DNA of 63,808 nucleotides, counting the filler, from Pirum gemmata (lineage: Eukaryota), in NCBI GenBank assembly GCA_002812295.1. It is 10 parts of 10 records of this genome, joined end to end, with 100 filler letters (N's around TTAATTAATTAA, not from the genome) between each part and the next. Parts side by side here need not be neighbours in the genome. Positions count along the whole stretch, not along the records: positions 6,318 to 12,729 come from PDIN01000310.1; positions 12,830 to 19,196 come from PDIN01000311.1; positions 19,297 to 26,308 come from PDIN01000312.1; 7 more parts are not named here. One strand, given 5' to 3'. A program made the position numbers and the translations under genes. The notes beneath the pieces were generated by a model. That model saw nothing but the letters and a program-made list of their open reading frames with translations. It was not told the origin of the DNA and did no database searches. Below are positions 11,674 through 22,922 of this stretch, one piece after another. Positions within the stretch are counted from its first letter, which is position 1. Every line of letters begins with the position of its first letter.

Positions 11674-13111
11674 ATATTTTTTAAAAATATCAAGATAACG
11701 AGAAAGTAATAAACAGTATAGAACGACTTAGAGAAAATACCAAAAGTAATTGGTTTCATAAACACAAACCCACTAATTTAATTTATGGATGAATGTCAAT
11801 ACTTGGAAAAATACTTGGCATGAATATTATGGTATTAAATAAATAATAAACGTGGTAGAAATTTACAGAAATTTTCTTTTTAATAAGTGTCTTTAAATGG
11901 TCGCAACGGACTTGTGGACTCGGACGTGAAGTTATCGTACGATGTTTTTTTTTTTTTTTTTTAACTACCAAGCCGGATAAAAATGAAGATATCCGCCAAA
12001 AATCCAAAAAATCTCAAAATAACCCAATATAAAAATAAAAGTACCACCAAAATATGAGAAATGTTCTAACTAAAAACTCTATTATGCACCAATTGCTAGT
12101 TTTTAAACATAATTTGGCTAGTTAACAATAAAGGTTTTAGAAAAGAAGTACAAAAAATGATTTCTAAAGTTTTGTCCGGCTTGGATAAATAAATAGACTA
12201 GCATAGGAGTAACTATAGCCTATAAGAGTACTTCATTAGCTAGCTAGATAGTGAAACTGAAAAAGCTGGTGAGAAAAAATCATTGCTCCAAGTGATGACA
12301 GAGTAGTCTATGATTGGTTAAAAAAAGCTAACAGTTACAGCGTGCACAAAGTGTGCACAAGTGGTGGCTGAGAGGAGAGTCTGAGAGTGGTGTGGGGCGG
12401 GGTTGTCAAATCCGACATCCGACTCGGGAAAATCAACCCCCCCGACTCGGGGGGGTTGACCCCTTTCCCGAGTCGGTCGTTTCGGGGGGGAAAGGCAAAA
12501 GGCCCCGAACCGACATCCGACTTTTAATTATGGGCGAACTTTAGGGGTTTTGGACTGGTTTTGGTAGCGAGCCTTTTGGAATTTTTGGTTAGGCACTAGC
12601 CAGACTAGCCAGGTAGAATAGAATTATTTATTTATCTTTAAGTTATTTTTTTTAAATTATTAATAAAAGACTAATAAATGTACTTTTTTTTTCTTTTTTC
12701 TCTCTAGTTTTCTTTTCTTTTTTTTTTTTNNNNNNNNNNNNNNNNNNNNNNNNNNNNNNNNNNNNNNNNNNNNTTAATTAATTAANNNNNNNNNNNNNNN
12801 NNNNNNNNNNNNNNNNNNNNNNNNNNNNNTAATAATAATAATAATAATAATAAGCAGGAGCAGAAGGAACAAGAGGAGGATAATGATGGATGGAGGCGTA
12901 GAAGATGGTGATGGTGAAGGTACCGGTGGTGACGAAGATGACGAAGATAATGATGATGGTGATGATGCTAATAATGATGGTAGGGTTAGGGTGAGGAGGA
13001 GGACGATAATCATAATAGTAATGAAACACGATGATGATGATGATGATGAACATTATGGTAATGAAACACCATGATGACCCCTTATTCTTTCATTGGTTCA
13101 ATTGTTAACAG

Positions 13112-13207
13112 GGGGATGAGGGTGAATCAAAGATAGTTATTAAAAATAATTACCCAGAAGATGGGTATCCTGGGTGGCGGCCTGAATGGGTCGTGCCTCA
13201 GCCATGA
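13112..13207 (+). CDS. Probable terminal exon of a gene truncated by the contig start
   Basis: CAG acceptor, then GDEGESKIVIKNNYPEDGYPGWRPEWVVPQP*. Confidence 0.35.
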   Translation, partial: GDEGESKIVIKNNYPEDGYPGWRPEWVVPQP

Positions 13208-13337
13208 TTAAAAGATTAACTTAACCTTCACTTTATAAAGAGTAACTAATTATTGTCGGACAATTATAATATTGACAAATGGTAAATCATATGTTGATAA
13301 TAGACAACAATGATAATGATAATGATACAATCAAATG

Positions 13338-13447
13338 ATTTGTTTATTTTATGGACTTGTTTATTTTATGGATTTGTTTATTTTATGGATTTGTTTATTT
13401 TATGGATTTGTTTATTTTATGGATTTGTTTATTTTATGGATTTGTTT
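13338..13447. repeat. 18-bp minisatellite (ATTTGTTTATTTTATGG-type)
   Basis: About 6 tandem units. Confidence 0.85.
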
Positions 13448-14073
13448 TTTTAATAAATATCAATACTTCAAATATCATGTATGATAATGTGTTTGNTTTT
13501 TTTTCTGTTTTTTTTTTTTTTTTTTTTTTTGTATTTTTTTTCCAGATTTTTTTTTTCGTATTTTTCAGCGTATTTTTCTAGGCGTTTTTTTGTTTTTTTG
13601 GACTCCCCAGTCCAAGCCAGTTAGTTGCCCTTTGAGAGGCTATTTACCAATCTCGAAAAAGTCATCTACACAATTTTTTTGGCCGTGCCACATTTGCCCC
13701 TAATTCAAAACTATTTTCTCAGCTGCTTTTGTGATAAATTGTTAAATTTTTAAATTTTTACCCGGTACATAGTCTTTTAGGATATTATATGTTATTTTCT
13801 TAAAGGTATGACATAGACTACTGACATAGACTAAAAAACTAGGACTAAACAATATACGGCTCCGGATTTCTCTTACAATATTTTTTTGGAAAAAAAGTTA
13901 AAATTCCTGTGGGGGGCTTGATAAACAGCTAATCTGGCATATAAAAGTCATATAAATGAGTGGTCTTTTTTTTTTTTGTCTGACTTTTGAGACTATCTGG
14001 TTAGACTATATATATCATATGCATGTATAAAAAAAAATTTTTTGATAATTAATGGAACGCCAATCATTTAGAT

Positions 14074-14146
<73 letters not shown>

Positions 14147-15708
14147 NAAAATAAAAAAAAAAAGAAAAAAAAAAAAAAAAAAAAAACAAACCGTAAGACG
14201 GTATAGTAAGACGGTAGGACTGCGTAGCTACTATCTACTAGAGTAGCTAGCTAGCTAGACCTACTGCGTAGACTACATTGATGGAGTTATCCACAAGAGG
14301 CCTTGTAGACTCTAAACAAGTTGTAGTAATCCTGTAGTATTTAGTTAGTTATTGATGAAATCTTGATATTAGTCTCTCTACCGAGACTCTACGTGGTAGT
14401 TCGATGCGTAAAAAAAAAGCTAGGTATTAATATTATTAATTAATATGATAGTAGTAAACTTAGTAGTAGTAGTTTATTATCAATAAAATGTATGATAATT
14501 AGTTAGAATAGTCGTCTACAGAGTCAGAGACTCAACTGTACGTATGTAATGTACATAGAGTAGATAGTCTTATCAGTGTCTTATCATAATACGATCATAG
14601 ATAATTATAAATTCATAATAATTTTTTTACCACTGCATTGATTATTAATGATAATATTGATAATGGTAATGGTAATGGCAATCAATGGTAAAGATATTTG
14701 CTATTCATTAAATATAATTATTAATAATAGTATTTCGGTATAAATAAACATGTAGAACATTATTAATATATAATATATATTAATAAATATATGGAACCAG
14801 ATGTGGGTCTTTCGGTCCTTGGCATATATAGCAAATATTCGGTTATTTTCATATAATATATAGAACCAGATTTGGGTCTTTCGGTCCTTGGTCTATATAT
14901 GAATATATTAATATTAATATTAATATAGTGCTTTTCAGTTGTTTTGTCATCATAAAATATACAATAAATAGTACCAAATTAATACGATATGAACCATTTA
15001 ATTTAATTTGGTGTCTTTTATTATCTATTTATTTATTTAAAAATGTCTATTTAATTAAATATTATAACCCTCCACAACACTTCCACAACTATTAATTAAT
15101 ATCACAAAAACTATACTATACATGTGATCTTAAAAATATTTTTATCCCATCTCAGTTGTATGTACATGCTTATGTGATATTGAATAACTTTTATTAATAA
15201 TTAAAATATTATTGTTATTAATATTAATTATTGATAATATATACATATATACATATATTAATACGTAAGTATTTATTAATAATTGTAAAATTTAAATAAT
15301 CATTGATAATTAATTTATTTAATTATTTTATTATAATAATATTGGTACAGTATTACTTAATAAAATCAACTTGCAATTGGATCAAGAGAATTTGACAATT
15401 AAGTATTTTATAATTATATGCAATGCAATATAGCTATATGTAATGATATATATAACTCTCACATTTATTTTAATTAATATTACTATGGAATTTAATTAAC
15501 TAATGTTAAATACGTATATATAGTACGTACATTGTTAATATCGTAGTTATGCACGAGCCCAAAAAGAAAAATCAGGATCACAAGTTGACAACATCAAATA
15601 CAATTATTGTCGTTTTTTAACTATTTTAAATACTAAAAATTAATATATATTAATATAATAATATTATAACTAGTATATTATGAATAATGTATAAAATAAA
15701 ATAAAAAA

Positions 15709-17097
15709 TTACGCTTCTTTCTCTAGATCTAGATCTGTTTTCTCTTCTTCCGTTTCTTCTTCTTGTAATGTTCCAGGATAGTTTTCATACATTTTCGGAT
15801 AACCTGTCGGAGCAAAATCTCTTAAAACTTTAATATTTTGGTAAGTTGCGTAATCGGGATTTAAAATACCGAAAACTTCAGTGTCATCTAGGTCCTCCTT
15901 TTGTCCATCTAAAGCCCAATAAGAATAATCTAACTTTTTATCGGCAATATATTTCATTAAAAAGATCCAATAACCAGTACGTTCAGCAGTACCAAATTCA
16001 CCCAGCCAAACCGGAGCAATATCTTCTTTCACCAAATAGCCCCAATCTCCATCGAGCTGTCTTTCAAATCCGTTGTAATCTTCTAAATCCCAAGCTTTAG
16101 ACCAGTCGTAAGAGTGTGAAGAATATACTAATTTATTTTTCAATTCAGGTTTTTCATGGAGTGGGAATAAATGCACGTCTTGCAAGTCTAGATTATAGTT
16201 AACACCACCCACAATTACTAGCATATCTTTGTTATTCTGTGCTACAATTTTACCGCCTTTGTAAGCAGCCGTGGCCCAGTCTACAGTCTCGTTACCAGAG
16301 TACCAAACAGGGCTAAGTTTTTCAGTAGCACGTATTTCATTGCGAATGTCGAAGGCGGCTACGAAAGGATTGTTAATATAACGTCGGCTCATAAATGCAA
16401 GATGATTTAGCCACATGTTTTCGGTATAATTGTCATTGTACCACATACCATTATTATCATATTCGTCACAGCACCAACCTGCGTCGCTGTTATGATTGTT
16501 CAAGACCACAATAATGTTGTTATTGGTCAAACTTTCTACTGCCAAATCAAAAATCTCCATGGGACTTTTATCAAATAGTTCCGGGTTGGCTTTTAGAGTT
16601 TCAGTTTTATTTGGAATACTGACCTTTTCGTACACTAAATCTAAACTGTAAACTAAGCGCACACAATTAAAACCAGAATCCAAAATTAACTTAGTAATGT
16701 AGTCCATTTTGTTGACATTCAAACCTCCCACGGAAGCTTTATGCAAATGAGCACCATACCAATTAACACAACGCATTCTAACAGTTTTACCAGTGTTATC
16801 AACAACATTACGTCCGTGCGTTCTCAAAGGAAAGCGATCAGCCGATAAGACATCTAAATCCCCATTAGCATTAACTTGTTCAATATTATTGGTAACCATG
16901 TTGTCATGTTTGTTATTAATGATTTGAAAATTTATTGAAACATGATTTATGAGTATTAGTATCGTAAGGAATATCAAAGTGAAAAGCAATAAAACATTCA
17001 ACACCTTTTTTTGGTTTAAATTTTGTTGTTTTTGTTGCTGTTGGCTTTCTATTTCGTGTTGCTTTTGGTAAAGCCTTTCTTGTTCTATTTTATCCAT
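15709..17097 (-). CDS. Glycoside hydrolase family 5, type II membrane-anchored, intronless
   Basis: 462 aa with an N-terminal TM segment. Motifs: VNWYG, GFNCVRL, LNNH..WCC, DIRNEIR (acid/base), YSSHSY, VWLGEFG (nucleophile), YWALDG. Confidence 0.92.
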   Translation of the reverse strand: MDKIEQERLYQKQHEIESQQQQKQQNLNQKKVLNVLLLFTLIFLTILILINHVSINFQIINNKHDNMVTNNIEQVNANGDLDVLSADRFPLRTHGRNVVDNTGKTVRMRCVNWYGAHLHKASVGGLNVNKMDYITKLILDSGFNCVRLVYSLDLVYEKVSIPNKTETLKANPELFDKSPMEIFDLAVESLTNNNIIVVLNNHNSDAGWCCDEYDNNGMWYNDNYTENMWLNHLAFMSRRYINNPFVAAFDIRNEIRATEKLSPVWYSGNETVDWATAAYKGGKIVAQNNKDMLVIVGGVNYNLDLQDVHLFPLHEKPELKNKLVYSSHSYDWSKAWDLEDYNGFERQLDGDWGYLVKEDIAPVWLGEFGTAERTGYWIFLMKYIADKKLDYSYWALDGQKEDLDDTEVFGILNPDYATYQNIKVLRDFAPTGYPKMYENYPGTLQEEETEEEKTDLDLEKEA

Positions 17098-17276
17098 GGT
17101 GACTTCTTTTTTAATCTTCTAATTGTTATATTACTTAATAATATTCTAAATTAACTTCAGTATTACTTTGAATTTCTAATTATTATTTTCAATTCTCAAA
17201 TTATGTAAATTATAATTTATAATTATTATATATATAGACCTCTATATTTGTATATAATAAATAATATACATTACTC

Positions 17277-17341
<65 letters not shown>

Positions 17342-17390
17342 AGTTTTCGCACATCGTTCTCAGTTAAGTACCTCCGATGTATACTATAGC

Positions 17391-17604
17391 GTTTATTTAT
17401 TTATTTATTTTTATTTATGTAGTTTTCGCACATCGTTCTCAGTTAAGTACCTCCGATGTATATTAGCGGGGTGTCCCTCCGGTAGCGACTGGATCTAGCA
17501 CCCTTTCTTTTTGTTTTCGACATTTGACAGTGCTGGCAGCGGATCGAACCGCTAACCTTTAGGTTTTGAGACTCCGCTCTAAACCAAGGAGCCACATTTA
17601 CCCC
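17391..17604 (-). mobile_element. tRNA-derived SINE
   Basis: Minus strand shows an A-box-like TGGCTCCTTGG, B-box GGTTCGATCC and an (AAAT)n tail. Extra 3'-end copies at 17338-17381 and 17629-17672; degenerate copies at ~6926-6985 and ~18943-19012. Confidence 0.75.
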
Positions 17605-19296
17605 TATTATAATTTTTTTATTTTATTTATGTAGTTTTCGCACATCGTTCTCAGTTAAGTACCTCCGATGTATAATATTAATTATGATATCATATTTATC
17701 TGATATATTATTATCATAGTATTATTTATCATACATGGGGAAAAAGATGCCTACATAATTATTATTCTCAAGAAAAAGAAAAAAGAAAGAAGTTTTTTTT
17801 TGTTGTTGTTGCTGTTGTTGTTTGTTGTTTGTTGTTGTTGTTTTTGTTACTACTTCGGATCTTAATCTGTGACGTATTTGGCTCTGGGGGAAGAATTATG
17901 CAAGTAAATAGGAACAAGAGAGACTCAAGAGAGGGACTTCTCTATTGTTGAGGACACTTTGAGGACCCAATTTTAATTTTTTTAAATTTTATATCGTGTA
18001 CACTGTACAGTGTACAGGTCTCCCTCTAGCTACTACTAGTAGTAGCTAGCTAGCTAGCTATCGATAGTACCGTAGTGTATCGATATAGGAGGCTGATTAG
18101 GAGTTGTATTATCTGATGGATACATTGTATAGGCTACTTTTTTTTTTTTTTTTTAAACAGCCAGGCGGCCCAGGCCAGATAAAAAAAACTGTAGAAATCA
18201 TTTTTCTTTAGACTTCTTTTCTAAAAACCTTTTCTAACACTAGCCAAATTATTTTTAAAAATTAGCCATTGGTTCTTAACAGAGTTTTCTTAGTTTTTTT
18301 TTTTTAAAAAAAAAACGATTTCTCAAAATTTAGTGGCTGGTACTTTCATTAAAATTGGATCATTTTGGGATTTTTCGGATTTTTGAGCTCATAGACCCCT
18401 CATTTAGGGTCTATAGCAGGTGTCGCCATTACTAGTTAAAAAAAAAAAAAAAAATCATCATCGACTACATTGAATGAGCTAGCTAGCTATCTATCGATAG
18501 CTAGAGCTCTAAAACCAGTAGCTAGCTAGCCTATCATTGATATCAATAGTATGATAGATAAAAGAGTAATAACTAATAAGGAGTTCAAGAAAACAAATTT
18601 CTTGAATGATTTAAATTGATTTTGCCTAGATGATTTTGCTATGAATCGGAGCCTATGATACGCAGGATTTTCCTTGTTTTGCCCAAAAATTATTTTGCTG
18701 CTCGCACAATATTGCTTCAATGTAGAGTTTGTAGACTACAAATAATTATCAGATATCGTACAGATTCGTACTAACTAGTAACTACAAAGTCTACAATGGT
18801 CTAGTCTAATAGTGGTCTAATGCGATATGTAATGCACATACTTTCATCAATATGTATTTATATTATGATAACAGTTAAAGTTGTATATCTGATAAACGAT
18901 TATGATAATACGATAGTATCATATGATTTTTATATAATTTAAATGTAGTTTTTGCACAATGTCATGTACATCATTCTCAGTTTTTTTATTAAAAGTATCA
19001 ATACCTCCGGTGTGATAATGCTGGTATCATATATCATATGATACTATATAGATATATAATAGGGTCTATTCAAGGAGTTCAACTCCTTGGTCTATTATGA
19101 TAATTTCTATACCGCCCTGATACACCGCCATAGCCTTTTCTTCTTTTTTTTTTTTTTTTGAAGTCCTTAATTAAATATCGGGTATATATCATATAGNNNN
19201 NNNNNNNNNNNNNNNNNNNNNNNNNNNNNNNNNNNNNNNNTTAATTAATTAANNNNNNNNNNNNNNNNNNNNNNNNNNNNNNNNNNNNNNNNNNNN

Positions 19297-19566
19297 GGTA
19301 AATGGCATTTCAACAAAGTTATGACTGGTGATAGTTTTGTATTCCCACAGGGTTCCCTTCATTTGTGGTTAAATACTGGTAAAGAACAATTAGTGACGGT
19401 GGGTGGTTTTACTGCATCTATGCCTACCGCTGCTCTTGCTGGAATGGCCTTTGCTGATCTTGACATGTTACCTAAATCTGCATTGACCACAGAGTTGTTC
19501 CCTAAACTGAAAGAAAAAGAATGTTATAAAGCAATTGAAGAATTATCCAAAATGGTGGAAAATTAA
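19297..19566 (+). CDS. C-terminal part of a germin/spherulin-like cupin, truncated by the contig start
   Basis: GDSFVFPQGSLHLWLNTG matches cupin motif 2. Confidence 0.75.
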   Translation, partial: GKWHFNKVMTGDSFVFPQGSLHLWLNTGKEQLVTVGGFTASMPTAALAGMAFADLDMLPKSALTTELFPKLKEKECYKAIEELSKMVEN

Positions 19567-19894
19567 AATTTTATGTAAAATACGATATAATATAATAAAA
19601 CAAAAACCAAAGATTTTAAATGCACAATAATTATTCTCATTCGCAGTATCATTAATAATATCGTACCTTGCTTTGCCAAAAATATTCCTAAAAATACTCC
19701 CAAAAATACTCCCAATAATACTTTAAAAATACTTGATCAACATTGGATCAACATTAATTTTAAAAAATATATAACCAATAAACAATAAACAATAAACAAT
19801 AAGCAATAAACAATTAATAAACAATAAACAATAAACAATTAATTTTTTCAAAAAAAAAAAATATGTTAAGAGTAGTTATAGAGCTCTTTATTTT

Positions 19895-20140
19895 GGGAGA
19901 TACAGCAAAACAGAATCGAATTAAACAGTTCGATTTTAATTATTAATTAAATGATGACAAATTTGAAATGATATTCTTTTTTTTTCGAGTTTCAAGTTTT
20001 TTCTATAAAATTTCTAAAAAAAATTAAGAATTTTTTAATGAAATCAAAAGTGAGTCAATACTTAATAAAATTAGATCGAAAAATTTCGAAAATTTCGAAA
20101 ATTTCGAACTAGTCTCGATTCGATGGTTTTTCCCACATCT
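19895..20140. mobile_element. MITE family E (TIR GGGAGAT.CGGGAAAA)
   Basis: Other copies at 61190-61433 and 63306-63732 (reverse orientation, interrupted). Confidence 0.7.
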
Positions 20141-20170
20141 TCTATAGGTATTAAAACTACATTTTGATTT

Positions 20171-21250
20171 TTAAGACTTGTTACTATCTAAACTTTCCAC
20201 TTCAATATATTGAGAAGGCATACTATCCTGTATGCCATCGTAAACAATGCACAAGTTCGAATCATCACCATTATTAATCTTATTATCACCAGCATAAGAC
20301 TCCACATGGGTATATCCCTGAAAAGATATAGAACTCTGACAATTGCTTTCAGTGCCTTGCTCACTATTTCCCCTAGCATTCTGATAATGGTTGATTTGAA
20401 GAATATTTTCATTATCGTTACGGACATCACTCTCTTTATTAACAATTGTAAGATTATCCTTTTCTATTTCTTCCTCAACACCTTTGTAATAATAGGTGGT
20501 AGCACTTTCTGGTCTTCGTTCCGAGGGCAAATTGAAGTAATTGTTCACACTTTTAGGTAAAGTAGGAGACTCGTAGTCATGTACAAGGCCCTGAAAGTTG
20601 TTTTCGGCATTTACTTTGCAGTGTTTCTCTTCCAAATTATGTTCCATTTGAAGAGGAGTTTCTTTTACGTTAAGCGGTTCGTCATAATTAGAATATTCAA
20701 TTATATCATTGGATTCCTCCTGAATACCTTCCATGACAAAATCAGCAGCAGATTGGCCTTTCAATAAATCGACTTTCTTTTTACGACGCGAAAACATGAA
20801 AATAAAAGCACCAATCACAATTCCTATAAGCACTAGTCCTCCTAATACGGACCCAATAATAATTCCAACTACATTAGTTTTGTGATCATCCTGTAGTGAA
20901 TTTTGTACAAAACACTCTTCATCCGCGTTCATATTCATATTCGTACGACTTGTATTAATACCTAAACTACAATCAATTCCATGGTTTTTTTTGGACAGGT
21001 TATATAATTCAGGGTAATTGACACAGCAATCTATATTGTTATTAGATAAATCTAAGATTTCATTTTCCGATATCATTGCAAAAGCACCAAATTCAATAGT
21101 TGAGATTAGGTTAAAACTTAAGTCCAAACTGCCAAGCTGAACTAAGTTTTTAAAGTCGTCCTTTGATATACCAATTAAATTATTTTTACTTAGGCTTAAG
21201 TTTTGCAAATTTTGAAAAGCCTTTTTTTGGAAATAAATAGATAAAGACAA
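20171..21250 (-). CDS. LRR single-pass receptor-like protein, 5'-incomplete, with a Tyr-rich cytoplasmic tail
   Basis: Three LRRs (LQNLSLSKNNL, LGSLDLSFNLI, ILDLSNNNI), a Cys cap, TM segment VVGIIIGSVLGGLVLIG..RRKKK, then a disordered tail. No signal peptide present. Confidence 0.8.
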   Translation of the reverse strand: MSLSIYFQKKAFQNLQNLSLSKNNLIGISKDDFKNLVQLGSLDLSFNLISTIEFGAFAMISENEILDLSNNNIDCCVNYPELYNLSKKNHGIDCSLGINTSRTNMNMNADEECFVQNSLQDDHKTNVVGIIIGSVLGGLVLIGIVIGAFIFMFSRRKKKVDLLKGQSAADFVMEGIQEESNDIIEYSNYDEPLNVKETPLQMEHNLEEKHCKVNAENNFQGLVHDYESPTLPKSVNNYFNLPSERRPESATTYYYKGVEEEIEKDNLTIVNKESDVRNDNENILQINHYQNARGNSEQGTESNCQSSISFQGYTHVESYAGDNKINNGDDSNLCIVYDGIQDSMPSQYIEVESLDSNKS

Positions 21251-21255
21251 AAATA

Positions 21256-21297
<42 letters not shown>

Positions 21298-21299
21298 TT

Positions 21300-21324
21300 G
21301 TTATTGTTGTTATTGTTGTTATTG

Positions 21325-21355
<31 letters not shown>

Positions 21356-21959
21356 GGATGTCATCAGAGTCTCTTTTATCATTACTTTTAGTCTTATTAT
21401 TGAAACGGTTTCTGTTAACCCTATTTTGCTGTTTTTGTTGTTGATGTTTTTTAAAAGTGGATTTTCGCCCGTCGAGGTTTGAATTTTTATTTTCGTTTGC
21501 TTTGTTATTAGCGATACGTCTTGTACTAACTCTATTGCTACTTTTATCTTGTTTTCCGAATTCAACCTTAGACTTATTGCGTTCTTTATCATGGACCTTT
21601 CTATTCTCAACTTTAATGTAAATATTATGAACAGCATCATTGGCAGCATCAACATTATCATCATCATCACTACTACTACTAAAATAATCAATATCAGCAG
21701 CACTAGCATTGTTATTGGTACGTGTACTATTGTTTTCATTTTTGATTTTAGTAGTATTGTTATTGTTATTATTATTATTACTGTTGTTATTGTTTTGCAT
21801 GAATTTAAGCATCATTTCCTCTAAATCTTTAATTTTTTTTTCTTGTTCGCTCAATCTACTTTTCATATTGTGATTCTCAGCTTTTAACTCTAATAATTCC
21901 TCTTCATTTTTTTTCTCTTCCTCTTCCTCGACGGAAGGTTTTCTTTTTTTCCTTGGCAT
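21300..21959 (-). CDS. Basic coiled-coil, Asn-rich ORF; possibly retroelement ORF1-like or the first exon of another gene
   Basis: MPRKKRKP NLS-like start and a coiled coil; the ORF runs into an (AAT)n tract. Confidence 0.4.
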
Positions 21960-22922
21960 CTTTAATCAAACAACAACACTACCAACAAATATATAATAAC
22001 GGCCTGATTACGTTGTTGTTGCAGTTGTTATTTTGTTGTTGTTCTTTTTTTTTTGTGGCTGTTGTGGTTGTTGTGGTTGTTGATTCAGGTACAATTAGTA
22101 GTTAACTTTGAAAATCACTACAAGCTTTTCGCATTTTTTTCGTTTATTTGTTTGTTTGTTTGCATTGTTATTTATTATCATTTTTTCATTTATTGGTGGT
22201 GGTGGTGGTGGTGTTATACCAAATTAATTAAAACACGTTTGATAGTTTTACTGTTTATTTCCTAGTGTGTGTTTCAGAACAAAAACAACATGGTGACTTA
22301 TTGCATGGGGGTAGTTCTAGTTCATTAATATCATCGATAATAAAATATATCATAATAGACTACTATCAATAATATAGCTATCAATATCGTGATAACAATG
22401 ATAAAAACACTATCTACTACTAGCTAGCATTTGGCTATATATAAAAACATGAGAACTAAAATAATCTAATCTAAGGATAAATAAAGTATGTCTCCTGTAA
22501 AATAGTTAATTTTATAAAACCTATTCTACCCTTATGGGTATTTTTCAAATATGATATCAATTTTTTGTTAATTTTTGGATTTTTCATTTTGCCCTCGGAT
22601 TTTTTCTGAGGGGAGAATAAAATAGTCTACTTTTTTTTTTTGCATTTTGCCCTTGGAGGTAGAATAAAATAAAGCACTGGGTGGTTTTTTAATTTTTTCG
22701 AAGTTATATCAGATAGGACCTTTTAAATATTAGCTAGCTAGCTCTTGTTGTTCTTGGCCTTGTTGTTCTTGTTCGTTTTTGTTCTTGTTCTTGTTCTTGT
22801 TCTTGTTCTTGTCCTTGTTCTTGTTCTTGTTCATGTTCTTGTTCTTGTTCTTGTTTTCATTCATTTTCTTCTCTGCTCTGATTATAGTTTACTTTCTATA
22901 AACTGGACTGAAATTGAAAAAT

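Noticed and set aside
17530..17604. tRNA gene
   Set aside because: A and B boxes are present but I could not form a convincing acceptor stem, and it is attached to a repeated body and tail; SINE head fits better.
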